This document shows positions 16,753 through 25,389 of a DNA stretch of 32,970 nt, piece after piece; the first letter of the stretch is position 1; each line of letters starts with the position of its first letter. The stretch comes from a virus (Duplodnaviria; Caudoviricetes): positions 1-32,970 of IMG/VR virus record IMGVR_UViG_3300020365_000066; one strand, given 5' to 3'. A program made the translations under genes and the position numbers. Below the pieces are notes generated by a model. The model saw only the letters and a list, made by a program, of their open reading frames with translations. It was not told the DNA's origin and made no database searches.

Positions 16753-18177
16753 ATGCAAGCAGGTAATTTTTCTTTCAAGAATATTAAAATCTGGAAGGTT
16801 GGAGAGGAGAATGGTGAACCTTATGCCTTTATCTACAAGCAGGGAATCGAAGAGAACCCTGTAGTTGCTTTTCAGTATCATGAGGATATATTTGATATTG
16901 GATATAAAGCAACTCTAGTTCTAACGGATAGAGGTGCCAATCTTCCTGGGACTATGCCTATCCAAGGATTCGAGAAGGTAACTGTAGAGGTACAAGACTA
17001 TAGGGGTGACACTTATGAGTATGCTTTCCGTGTGTGGAAAGTTGGTAATAGAGTTGAGACAGCTCAGAAAAGAATGTATACTTTGGGACTGGTTTCTGAA
17101 AGTATTCTAGTTAATGAAAGTGTCTTTGTAAACAAAGTGTTGGCAGGAACTCCTACTTCAATTGTTCGTAAGTTGCTTGTAGAGTATCTAAAAGTTTCTG
17201 GAGCAAGACTTGAATTGCAAGAGAGTATCAATAACATTAAACTGATTCCAGCTTCTAAAAGTCCATTTGCAATTATCAGGGAGTTGCAGGCAAAGTCTCT
17301 ATCTAAAGCGTCTGTGGAACCAGCAACTTCTACTAAGGTTGACACTAGTGCAGGGGAGAGTCCTGTTTCTTCTGACAGTCCTAAAGATGCATCTCAATTA
17401 AAAGGAACTGCTGGATTTTTCTTCTATGAAACTGCAACTGGATTTAAGTTTAAGAGTGTAGACTCTATCATTTCATCTGATGAAAATAAATTTGGTGGAT
17501 CTGGTCCTGTAGCTGTATATAAGTTTGGACCTAAGAATATTGACACTGATGAGGCATTCGATCCATTTAAAATTCAGGAAGTTGTATTTGGATCTGAAAT
17601 TGATCTATTCAAAAAATTAAGACAGGGGTCATACTCTTCATTATGCTGCTTTTTCAACATAAATACTGGCAAATACGAAGAATATGTCTATAAATTAAGT
17701 GACATGTGGGACAAAATGGCTCACTTAGGTAAACAATCAAAATTACCATACGGGCAATCCACAATCTCAAAATACCCCACACGTATTTTTTCGACTGTGA
17801 TCAATCACGAAAATTGGTATAATGGTACAGAAATCGCTTCTAACGAAGACGGTGACGCACCAGCGACCTTTACAGACTGCCAGAAACAATACTTACTTCA
17901 AGCGATTGCTAGAGCAGGAATCTTGTTCAATCAGCAATTGACAATCTCAGTTACTGGTAATTTGTCACTGATGGTAGGAGATAAGATAGATGTAAGACTT
18001 CCCAATCAAGTATCAGAGGCTGCTAAGGCAGAAGAAGGATCCTTAGATCCAGAGCACAGTGGCATCTATCTTATCAGGAAAGTCTCAAATATCTTTGACA
18101 ACTCTACTAAGAAGTGCGATACTGTATTGGAGTTAATTAGAGACTCTATAGGTCACGAAGAATCCAAAGTAAAGTAG
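16753..18177 (+). CDS. Baseplate hub protein (gp27-like)
   Basis: YHEDIF, PIQGFEKV, FFFYETATGFKFKSVD, VTGNLSL.VGD, SGIYLI, L.RDS. Confidence 0.7.
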   Translation: MQAGNFSFKNIKIWKVGEENGEPYAFIYKQGIEENPVVAFQYHEDIFDIGYKATLVLTDRGANLPGTMPIQGFEKVTVEVQDYRGDTYEYAFRVWKVGNRVETAQKRMYTLGLVSESILVNESVFVNKVLAGTPTSIVRKLLVEYLKVSGARLELQESINNIKLIPASKSPFAIIRELQAKSLSKASVEPATSTKVDTSAGESPVSSDSPKDASQLKGTAGFFFYETATGFKFKSVDSIISSDENKFGGSGPVAVYKFGPKNIDTDEAFDPFKIQEVVFGSEIDLFKKLRQGSYSSLCCFFNINTGKYEEYVYKLSDMWDKMAHLGKQSKLPYGQSTISKYPTRIFSTVINHENWYNGTEIASNEDGDAPATFTDCQKQYLLQAIARAGILFNQQLTISVTGNLSLMVGDKIDVRLPNQVSEAAKAEEGSLDPEHSGIYLIRKVSNIFDNSTKKCDTVLELIRDSIGHEESKVK

Positions 18178-18184
18178 GAGTTTT

Positions 18185-18412
18185 ATGGACAGCATCGAGC
18201 AACACATTAAAGCTGATAAAGAAATTCTAGACAATCCGATGACTTCTCCACAGAAGCGTCGTCATGTCGAAGAAGAGCTACATGAACTAGAAGTTTACGC
18301 AGAAAACCACAAAAAAGAAATCGAGGCAGGTGATCATCACGATCCTTCTCCACTCGAACTCTATTGTGAAGTAGAACCTGGAGCACCTGAGTGCAAAATT
18401 CACGATAACTGA
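18185..18412 (+). CDS. cp12: CP12 Calvin-cycle inhibitor (auxiliary metabolic gene)
   Basis: RRHVEEELHEL core, DPSPLELYCEVEPGAPECKIHD C-terminal Cys pair; AGGAG SD. Confidence 0.92.
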   Translation: MDSIEQHIKADKEILDNPMTSPQKRRHVEEELHELEVYAENHKKEIEAGDHHDPSPLELYCEVEPGAPECKIHDN

Positions 18413-18414
18413 TT

Positions 18415-21285
18415 ATGGATGCTTTTTCCTCATTATTCCCGATTAACCAAATCGGTTCCGATGGTTTTGCCTGGTGGATCGGTCAAGTTGAATCGTCTAC
18501 ATATCGGAGTGATGGAGGAAAAGATCCTAAGCGTTCAGGTCGCTACAAAGTTAGAATTGTAGGACATCACCCTAAAACATGCACAGCAGTACCAACTGAA
18601 GATCTGCCATGGGCAATCACTATGATGCCTGTGACAGATCCTTATGCTGCTGGTGCAACTAGATCCAAAACACCTAGACTGGAGTCAGGTGACTGGGTTG
18701 TTGGTTTCTTTTTAGATAGAGAGCAACAGCAACCAGTCATCATGGGGTCGATCGGTCAGGTAGCAAACGCAGGACCAGAACCTGTTGAGGATCCTAATCC
18801 TGGTGATGGATGTAAGAGTTTTACTACATTCAAGGATCCTGAAGTTAGGCAAGTTGATGCACCTGCAGATGATGGAGACTTCAACCCTTCTAATGCAGGA
18901 CACCCACTTGTGGGTGGAAACAGTGAGGATGTTGAAGAAGGTCCAAAACCATCTTTGATTACAAATCTGTCTGCTGCTAAGAGAGCAGATGCTTCTGATA
19001 CAAATAGGGCAGGTATCAACTTTAGTGTTGCTGTTGCCACAAACTGTGGTGAGGAGAGTGACTTGAACAGCACCTTCACGAGGTTGCTGAGCGAGATGCT
19101 CAGAGATGTACAGCAAAGTAATGGTAAGGTTGGTACATACCTAGTTGGTCAGTGGACTGGGCAGATTTATGATACTGTTGATATTGGAAGGAAGTATGTC
19201 AACAAAGCAATCCGCATCATGGAGACCTTTGTTGCAAAAGTCAAGGGATATATTATTGATAAGATCAAGGCAGGTATCGATGATCTAATCAAAATGATCT
19301 TGAGACCTGATGAGAATGGTAATGCTCTGACTCCATTGACTAAGTACCTCAATGAACTACTTGCTAATCTAGGATGTAGTATACAGGATCTAGGACTTAG
19401 ATTGCAATCATTCCTAGAAGATCTGTTGTTTGGATATCTATTTTCTATCTACAAAGCAGCAGCATGTCAGGTAGATAAACTTGTAGCAGGTATCCTTAAC
19501 AAAATCCAATCATTGATGGAGGAGTTGTTAAGTAAAATCCTTGGTCCTATTCAAGAAATTTTAGGTGCAGTTGCTTCTGCTCTCAATATCATTGGTGATG
19601 CAATTAACTATGTTCTCAATCTACTTGGTATTCAGTGTGATGGTCCTAGTAAAGGATGTAAGAAGACAACAGTTGTTACTACTAAGTGTAAGACAGATAA
19701 GAAAGAAGACTTCCTAGACAAACTGTTGAAAGATCTAGATGAACCATGGGATGGCACTGGAGCAGACTGGTCAACATATACTTGCGAAGAAGCATTTGAG
19801 GGAACTAAGTTAGAGAACACAGAAGTTGTGATCATTGGTGGTACTCAGAAACCACCTAAGAAGAGAAATCTAATTGAGTATGACATCACAGAGACTGAAG
19901 TAACAGAGGGTGAGATTGCTAAGATCACTGTGTATAGATTTGGTCTTACAAGTATTGCATCTAGTGTCAGTTTCTTCACTGTTAATGGAACTGCTGATCA
20001 GGAGGACTATCAGTCAACATCTGGTGTTTTAGGATTCTCTCCTGGTGAGACACAGAAAGAAATCGAGGTCCAGACATTTGTTGGACCTGATAGTGACCTA
20101 GGCAGAGAAGATTTCTTTGTTCGTCTTAGAAGAGAGACTCCTGGTCCTGAAATTTCATTCACTCAGTTTAGAAGTTCTTACGGAAGAATCATAATCAATC
20201 CTCTCAGAAGGACAACTGGTGGTGCTGGTAATCCACCATCAAATAGTGGTGCCACAAATATTGATAGAGATTTTACATTTGCATTCCCCGATGATGTGGT
20301 GGAGGACATTGTAACAAACAACAGTGATACAGAAGAATTGGTAGAAGTTGGAGAAGAGAAACCAACATACAGTGTGCGTGCTGATAGAGCTACTGTCAAA
20401 GAAAATGAGTTTGTAACTTATACAATCACCACTACTAATGTAGAGTCTGGAACTGAACTAGAGTATAGATTATTTGGTACAAACATCACTGGATCTGACA
20501 TTATAGGTGGTAACCTACAAGGATCTTTCGTTATCGAATCGAATTCAGCGAAGGTTGTTATTGGTATTGAGGAAGATGGGCAGTTCGAGGATGATGAAGT
20601 ATTGATCTTTGGTATTCAAGGAACTGGTGCCAGTGCATCTGTAATTATTCTTGGTGATATTGCAGATCTATCCCCAGAGGATCTACAGGATAGAGTGTTG
20701 GATGATCCAACACCTGATGATACTGAAGACGGAGAGACATTCACAGAACCTAGACCTCCAACAACAAAACCACCTATCACTGATGATAATGGTGGAATTA
20801 TTGATATTCCAATTGATGATCCTGGAGATCCGTATATCGAACCACCTACAGTCATTATTCCTGGGGCAGGAAGTGGTGCAACTGCGATTGCTTTATTGGA
20901 TGCTGATGATAGAGTAAGTGAAATTAGAGTTACAACTGCTGGTTCTGGATACAAATTAAATCTCCCAGCAGATAATGATGTGAGATGTATTATTGACAGT
21001 TACACCATGCTATCTCCTGGTGTCAATTATACCAGTGCTCCTGATGTATATGTTGATGGTGAGAAAGGAAAAGCAGAAGCTGTCATTGATGATCAGGGAT
21101 TTGTTGTAAGTATTAGAGTTCTTGATAGAGAGACTACCTATGAAAGGTATCCTGATGTTAGAATACTAGGTGGTGGAGGATTTGGCGCTAGATATATACC
21201 ATCCATAACATGTCTAGATACAGAAGCACTCGTCAAGGTTGGTTCTGCCAAGATTGGCACTGGTCGTTATATTGATTGTCCATAA
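18415..21285 (+). CDS. gp5: Baseplate spike gp5, N-terminal part (OB-fold) with Calx-beta/Ig-like insertions
   Basis: WWIGQVE, GRYKVRIVGHH, LPWA, GDWVVGFFLD...QQPVIMG; Calx-beta GTADQEDY...LGFSPGETQKEI; GSGY/GxNYTSAP repeats. Confidence 0.85.
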   Translation: MDAFSSLFPINQIGSDGFAWWIGQVESSTYRSDGGKDPKRSGRYKVRIVGHHPKTCTAVPTEDLPWAITMMPVTDPYAAGATRSKTPRLESGDWVVGFFLDREQQQPVIMGSIGQVANAGPEPVEDPNPGDGCKSFTTFKDPEVRQVDAPADDGDFNPSNAGHPLVGGNSEDVEEGPKPSLITNLSAAKRADASDTNRAGINFSVAVATNCGEESDLNSTFTRLLSEMLRDVQQSNGKVGTYLVGQWTGQIYDTVDIGRKYVNKAIRIMETFVAKVKGYIIDKIKAGIDDLIKMILRPDENGNALTPLTKYLNELLANLGCSIQDLGLRLQSFLEDLLFGYLFSIYKAAACQVDKLVAGILNKIQSLMEELLSKILGPIQEILGAVASALNIIGDAINYVLNLLGIQCDGPSKGCKKTTVVTTKCKTDKKEDFLDKLLKDLDEPWDGTGADWSTYTCEEAFEGTKLENTEVVIIGGTQKPPKKRNLIEYDITETEVTEGEIAKITVYRFGLTSIASSVSFFTVNGTADQEDYQSTSGVLGFSPGETQKEIEVQTFVGPDSDLGREDFFVRLRRETPGPEISFTQFRSSYGRIIINPLRRTTGGAGNPPSNSGATNIDRDFTFAFPDDVVEDIVTNNSDTEELVEVGEEKPTYSVRADRATVKENEFVTYTITTTNVESGTELEYRLFGTNITGSDIIGGNLQGSFVIESNSAKVVIGIEEDGQFEDDEVLIFGIQGTGASASVIILGDIADLSPEDLQDRVLDDPTPDDTEDGETFTEPRPPTTKPPITDDNGGIIDIPIDDPGDPYIEPPTVIIPGAGSGATAIALLDADDRVSEIRVTTAGSGYKLNLPADNDVRCIIDSYTMLSPGVNYTSAPDVYVDGEKGKAEAVIDDQGFVVSIRVLDRETTYERYPDVRILGGGGFGARYIPSITCLDTEALVKVGSAKIGTGRYIDCP

Positions 21286-22379
21286 TGGCATTAGCAGATG
21301 TAAACAAGGAAAAGGGTAGACTTCTAGATCAAGCTGCTCGAAAGAATTCCCAAGCAACCCCAGACGAGAAAGGACCTGAGGTTGTTGAGAAAATTAGTGT
21401 CATTTTTCAGAATGAAGAATATATTCTGAGAACTGATGGTGGTGACTTAGATGCCAGAAACAAGTTGACTGGTCATGGTTTTACTATCACTCAGAAAGGT
21501 GATTTTATCTTTGTATCTGGACCTGGAGGTAAGGGCAATCCTTGTGGTGGTCGATTCATGATCAACACCACTGGTGGAAAACTTGAGAAGCACGATGGAC
21601 CAGCAATTGCAGAGTATAATGCAAACTCTACCAATGCCACTGCGACTGAGGAAGGTGAGAGTGATGGATCTACCTCTGGTCTAGCAAAGTCTGAGATCTG
21701 TCATGGTGACAGTCGTGAAGAAGTTCATGGTGAGAAGCGTATCTCTGGCACTCATGTGGTCATAGAAGCGACAGGACTACTGAACTTGGTAGGACTGGGA
21801 GGAATCAACCTACAGGCGGGTGTGGGAGGCGGTGGCACCACCACAATTAACGCTGGTGTTCTCAAGATGATCACCAGAAATAAGGAAGAAATTGTATTTG
21901 GTCAGTCAACATCCTTGACAAGTGAGAAGAGCGATGTACAATTAGATCCTAGAGGAACTACCGCTATCGTTTCTGCTGGAAACAAGAGTGAAAAATTCTT
22001 GGGTGACATGAAGAAGCAGGTTGTTGGTAAGTACGAACTAGGTGTTGTTGGTTCAAAGGGTGGTCTAGTATACGACCCCAAGAGCGCCTTCAACTTATAT
22101 TCTTTGAATGGAGATCTAAAACTATCTACAAAGGTTGGTAGCATTTTAGGTTCTGCTGGAGTTGAGAAACCAGATTTTTCTGGAGCAACCCCAGGATCTA
22201 TGATCTTCACTGCCGCTAAAGACTTTAAGACAACATCTACTCTAGCAACTGAACTCACAGCAGTTACTTCAGTCAAGGTTAATGCAACCACAGATGTGAG
22301 CGTTGATGCCAAAGGACTGGTCAACATCACTGCTAAGGGTAATGTCAATATTACGGGTGCATTAATATATCTTAACTGA
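21285..22379 (+). CDS. gp5 C-terminal-like beta-helix spike protein
   Basis: Short periodic repeats (VKVNATTDVSVDAKGLVNITAKGNVNITG) ending IYLN; TAATG coupling. Confidence 0.7.
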   Translation: MALADVNKEKGRLLDQAARKNSQATPDEKGPEVVEKISVIFQNEEYILRTDGGDLDARNKLTGHGFTITQKGDFIFVSGPGGKGNPCGGRFMINTTGGKLEKHDGPAIAEYNANSTNATATEEGESDGSTSGLAKSEICHGDSREEVHGEKRISGTHVVIEATGLLNLVGLGGINLQAGVGGGGTTTINAGVLKMITRNKEEIVFGQSTSLTSEKSDVQLDPRGTTAIVSAGNKSEKFLGDMKKQVVGKYELGVVGSKGGLVYDPKSAFNLYSLNGDLKLSTKVGSILGSAGVEKPDFSGATPGSMIFTAAKDFKTTSTLATELTAVTSVKVNATTDVSVDAKGLVNITAKGNVNITGALIYLN

Positions 22380-22502
22380 TTGATCGGAAATCCGTATCGT
22401 AAACTGGCACAAGGGGGGTTGCTTTTTCCATCCAACCCTGATAAATTACTCGTGTGATTGGGAAACGACCCAATCGATCTACAACAAACGAGGTAAATTT
22501 CA

Positions 22503-22871
22503 ATGATCAAAACTGCTTTTGCTGCTGCCGCAGCTGCTACCGCTTTTGCTGCTCCCGCTGCATTTGCTGGTCCTTACGTGAATGTGGAAGCGAACTCTGG
22601 ATTCACTGGATCTGATTATACTGGTACGACGACAGACGCTCATGTGGGCTACGCTGGATCCGCTGGTGCTCTGTCCTATGGCGCTCAGGTCGGTCCTTCT
22701 TTCGTCGTAACTGACGGTGGTGAGTCTGATACTGTTCTGTCTGGTAAGGTCTATGGCAGCGTTGCTGCTACCGAGGCGCTCGATATCTATGGCGAACTCT
22801 CCTTCGCTGGTGGTGTTGATGATGCAGATAACGGATATGGTACTAAGGTGGGTGTTACCTACTCTTTCTGA
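22503..22871 (+). CDS. Small outer-membrane beta-barrel-like protein, host-like
   Basis: Ala-rich signal peptide ending AFA, amphipathic beta-strands, C-terminal GVTYSF; GAGGT SD. Confidence 0.8.
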   Translation: MIKTAFAAAAAATAFAAPAAFAGPYVNVEANSGFTGSDYTGTTTDAHVGYAGSAGALSYGAQVGPSFVVTDGGESDTVLSGKVYGSVAATEALDIYGELSFAGGVDDADNGYGTKVGVTYSF

Positions 22872-22891
22872 AGATAATATAATATAATATT

Positions 22892-22919
22892 TGGGGGTGC
22901 TTGACACCCCCATTTTTTT
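22892..22919 (+). terminator. Rho-independent terminator overlapping the next promoter
   Basis: TGGGGGTG-CTTGA-CACCCCCA followed by T7. Confidence 0.85.
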
Positions 22920-22929
22920 GTCTTATAAT
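22901..22929 (+). promoter_or_regulatory. Consensus sigma70 promoter
   Basis: TTGACA, 17 bp spacer, TATAAT. Confidence 0.88.
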
Positions 22930-22952
22930 GCAAGACATATATCTGCTATATC

Positions 22953-23147
22953 ATGCACTACAAACCATACTCCCCAGAGTGGCATAGATATAGGTATTTG
23001 AAAGAAGCACTCGACAAGTACCTTGATGACTATGTTGAAAACGAAATCATTCTGAATGATATTCTAAATATTGTGTGTGAGCGTCAGGACGCTGCACATA
23101 CAGAGTTTACCAAACTTTCTGACCTAGAAACAAAACTGCGAGAGTAA
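22953..23147 (+). CDS. Hypothetical protein
   Basis: YKPYSPEWHR motif; first gene after the promoter. Confidence 0.75.
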   Translation: MHYKPYSPEWHRYRYLKEALDKYLDDYVENEIILNDILNIVCERQDAAHTEFTKLSDLETKLRE

Positions 23148-23148
23148 T

Positions 23149-23463
23149 ATGCTTTCTACTCAATATCGCCTTCGCCTAGAAGGCATCTGTAGCAAGATTG
23201 CGAAAAAAGAGCAAGTATCTTTAGACGACATGATGTGGGCAGAGAAACTGTCCAAAGCAAACACCACCGCTAGAAACTGGTTACAGCAAGCACGACGCCA
23301 TGCTGCCCAAGATATTCAAGATGGTAGTATGGATGATTTTATGAATAGGATGGGACTTGGCGACCCCGACCCATCCAATCACAGAACGGGGTTCAAAGGT
23401 GCAGACGAAATCGTTGACTGGTTTCAGAGGGACAAACCTGATGACTGGAGGCAGCGTGATTAA
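23149..23463 (+). CDS. Conserved cyanophage hypothetical protein
   Basis: MLSTQYRLRLE...GLGDPDPSNH...DDWRQRD. Confidence 0.8.
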   Translation: MLSTQYRLRLEGICSKIAKKEQVSLDDMMWAEKLSKANTTARNWLQQARRHAAQDIQDGSMDDFMNRMGLGDPDPSNHRTGFKGADEIVDWFQRDKPDDWRQRD

Positions 23464-23704
23464 TACAGTTGTAATCTACAGTAACGGTAGTCAAGAATGT
23501 GAACGAATGGCAGCGTTACTTAAAACTCTCCCAGATGTGAAAGAATTTCTTGAATATAAACTGGGAAAACATTTCGAGAAATACCAGTTTGAAATGGAGT
23601 TTGGTGGTGATGCAACATATCCACAAATCGCTATCGATTCTAAACATATCGGTAGCATGAAGGAAGCACTACAATATATGAAAGACAGTGGTCTCTTTAC
23701 ATGA
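23456..23704 (+). CDS. Glutaredoxin-like protein (single Cys)
   Basis: VIYSNGSQEC, TYPQI, HIG; GTG start after GGAGG. Confidence 0.75.
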   Translation: MINTVVIYSNGSQECERMAALLKTLPDVKEFLEYKLGKHFEKYQFEMEFGGDATYPQIAIDSKHIGSMKEALQYMKDSGLFT

Positions 23705-24159
23705 ATGCTGAAGAATTTTGTGATAAACTAGAAGGATATTACGATAGTTGGAAGCAGGCATCTGCTGATCCTGCCAGATACGCTCATGTCAAAATTCGCT
23801 GGACTAGACTAGGACCCAAACAACTAGAGTCTAAACAATGGTATCACTATCTTGGTGAGGAAAAACCATACAGAAAGCGGTGGCATAAAGTTTATACCGA
23901 AGGTGATCACATCCGTGTTGAAAACTGGGGAGTAAATTGGCAGGGACATCGTAATTGTTGTGATATGATATTCACTCTAGAGAACGGTATCTACAAAGGT
24001 AAAGTTGCTACAGATGAGTGTATTGTGAATGGCGGATTTGTCGAAAGTATGGTAGAATTCGACGGTACTAGATACAAGAGTCGTGACCGAGGATGGACCG
24101 CGAACCGCAGTAAAAAAATGTGGGGCAGCGATGTGATTTATGAATTTTTGGGAGTGTGA
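23701..24159 (+). CDS. cpeT: CpeT/CpcT-like phycobilin lyase, copy 1
   Basis: W.QA..DP..YAH, PYR, CDMIF, SRDRG, WGS..YEF. Confidence 0.8.
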   Translation: MNAEEFCDKLEGYYDSWKQASADPARYAHVKIRWTRLGPKQLESKQWYHYLGEEKPYRKRWHKVYTEGDHIRVENWGVNWQGHRNCCDMIFTLENGIYKGKVATDECIVNGGFVESMVEFDGTRYKSRDRGWTANRSKKMWGSDVIYEFLGV

Positions 24160-24233
24160 CGGAATCGGTAGACGTATCGGACTTAAAATCCGCTGATGGT
24201 AACATCGTGGGGGTTCAAGTCCCCCCACTCCTA
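24150..24233 (+). tRNA. tRNA-Leu(TAA)
   Basis: Acceptor GGGAGTG/CACTCCT, anticodon loop CTTAAAA, long variable arm, GTTCAAGTC; CCA not encoded. Confidence 0.93.
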
Positions 24234-24254
24234 TTTTGTTCTCATACGCTGACA

Positions 24255-24262
24255 TATAAATA
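24255..24262 (+). promoter_or_regulatory. T4-type late promoter
   Basis: TATAAATA 22 nt upstream of ATG 24285. Confidence 0.7.
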
Positions 24263-24284
24263 ATCCAGTGTGACATAGAAACTT

Positions 24285-24581
24285 ATGTCTTTCAAGGGAT
24301 ACTCAATTAGTTCAAAGTATGTGTTTTGCACATTCCCTGGAGATTACGAGACTATAGTCAAAATGTACTTCATTGATGGTATGCCCTTTTCATTTGATAC
24401 CATTGATAAGCAACAGTTAGAAGATGTCTGGATCAAATCTGAGGCAGCTTGTAATCCAGAGTTTTCATTAGATCAAATTGACAGGTGTTCTGATTATCTA
24501 ATTGCAGAAGAATTACACCCACTTTTATTCAATGTAGAAGTTCAGAATCCTGAACTCATGCCCGATGACACTCTTTCATGA
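24285..24581 (+). CDS. Conserved cyanophage hypothetical protein
   Basis: VKMYFIDGMPFSFD...YLIAEELHPLLF...NPELMP. Confidence 0.75.
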   Translation: MSFKGYSISSKYVFCTFPGDYETIVKMYFIDGMPFSFDTIDKQQLEDVWIKSEAACNPEFSLDQIDRCSDYLIAEELHPLLFNVEVQNPELMPDDTLS

Positions 24582-25050
24582 CTATCTAGAAGGAACTTTT
24601 GACAATCGTCTACAAGCATTAAAGCATCCTACCCGCTACGCTAGGATCATCATTAAACATGAATGGATCGGTGGTGATTGGTTTGAGGGATCTCAAGCAT
24701 ACTATCACTCACAGGACAGACCCTACAGGCAATTTCGTATGCGTGTTTTCCCAGATGGAGAAAAATTTCGCATCAAAAATTTTGATCTGTCAGGTCAGCA
24801 ATACAAGGAAGGATGTGATACAATCTTTGAATATGATGAAAAGCATGGAAAATTTTTCGGTCACAACACTGACTGTAACTGCTGGGTCGTCTGGCAAGGC
24901 ATCAAAACTTACTTGACGAATGACATAGTTCTCGGGTATAATACATACAATGTCATGGACTCGGGGATCGATCCTGAGACAGGACAAAAAGTCTGGGGAT
25001 CCAATTGGGGACACCTAGAATTCATACGCCACTTTAGCTCAGCTGGATAG
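24565..25050 (+). CDS. cpeT: CpeT/CpcT-like phycobilin lyase, copy 2
   Basis: GTFDNRLQA..P..YA, PYRQ, GCDTIF, DSGIDPETGQKVWGS.WG...F. Confidence 0.85.
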   Translation: MTLFHDYLEGTFDNRLQALKHPTRYARIIIKHEWIGGDWFEGSQAYYHSQDRPYRQFRMRVFPDGEKFRIKNFDLSGQQYKEGCDTIFEYDEKHGKFFGHNTDCNCWVVWQGIKTYLTNDIVLGYNTYNVMDSGIDPETGQKVWGSNWGHLEFIRHFSSAG

Positions 25051-25101
25051 AGCAACGGTTTTGTAAACCGTAGGTCGTCGGTTCAAGTCCGACATGTGGC
25101 T
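25028..25101 (+). tRNA. tRNA-Thr(TGT)
   Basis: TAGCTCAGCTGGATAGAGC D-arm, ACGGT-TTTGTAA-ACCGT, GTCGG-TTCAAGT-CCGAC; one mismatch in acceptor stem. Confidence 0.92.
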
Positions 25102-25365
25102 TTCCACTTTTGTGGAATAGGTGACGCCACCTACATTTCGGACAGGGGTTCGATTCCCCTCACTTCCATTCACGGGGGTGCCATGGTTTCGACGGGGTAC
25201 AAGGAGCGTGACTGAAACCTGCTTGGATAAGCACCCAATAGATGCAAACACATCTGATGTCGCAGCGAACAACATCGTTGCATTCTCCCGTCAAGCAGCC
25301 CCTGTTGCTGCCTGACCTATAAGGAGATCGGGGTCAAGTTAGCCTTGTTACCCAAGTAACTCACT
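25102..25365 (+). ncRNA. ssrA: Permuted two-piece tmRNA, marine cyanobacterial type (outer ends approximate)
   Basis: Acceptor piece first (T-arm AGGGG-TTCGATT-CCCCT, CACTTCC-A ending 25168), 5 nt spacer, coding piece starting GGGGGTG (25174) with GGTTTCGAC; G3.U70 pair; tag ANNIVAFSRQAAPVAA* (25265-25315). Confidence 0.92.
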
Positions 25366-25389
25366 GGGGGTGGAATGCCCCCTCTTATC

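Noticed and set aside
11389-22913. Many antisense and alternate-frame ORFs in structural genes (e.g. 11389-11937, 21902-22510, 22500-22913)
   Set aside because: Shadow ORFs expected from codon bias of the sense genes; no motifs or expression signals seen.
23357-23455. Upstream extension of the glutaredoxin-like ORF
   Set aside because: Overlaps the previous gene; GTG 23456 has a GGAGG SD and matches the start of the fold.
25121-25315. 64 aa ORF on +
   Set aside because: It runs across the tmRNA acceptor and coding pieces; only the last 16 codons (the tag) are meaningful.
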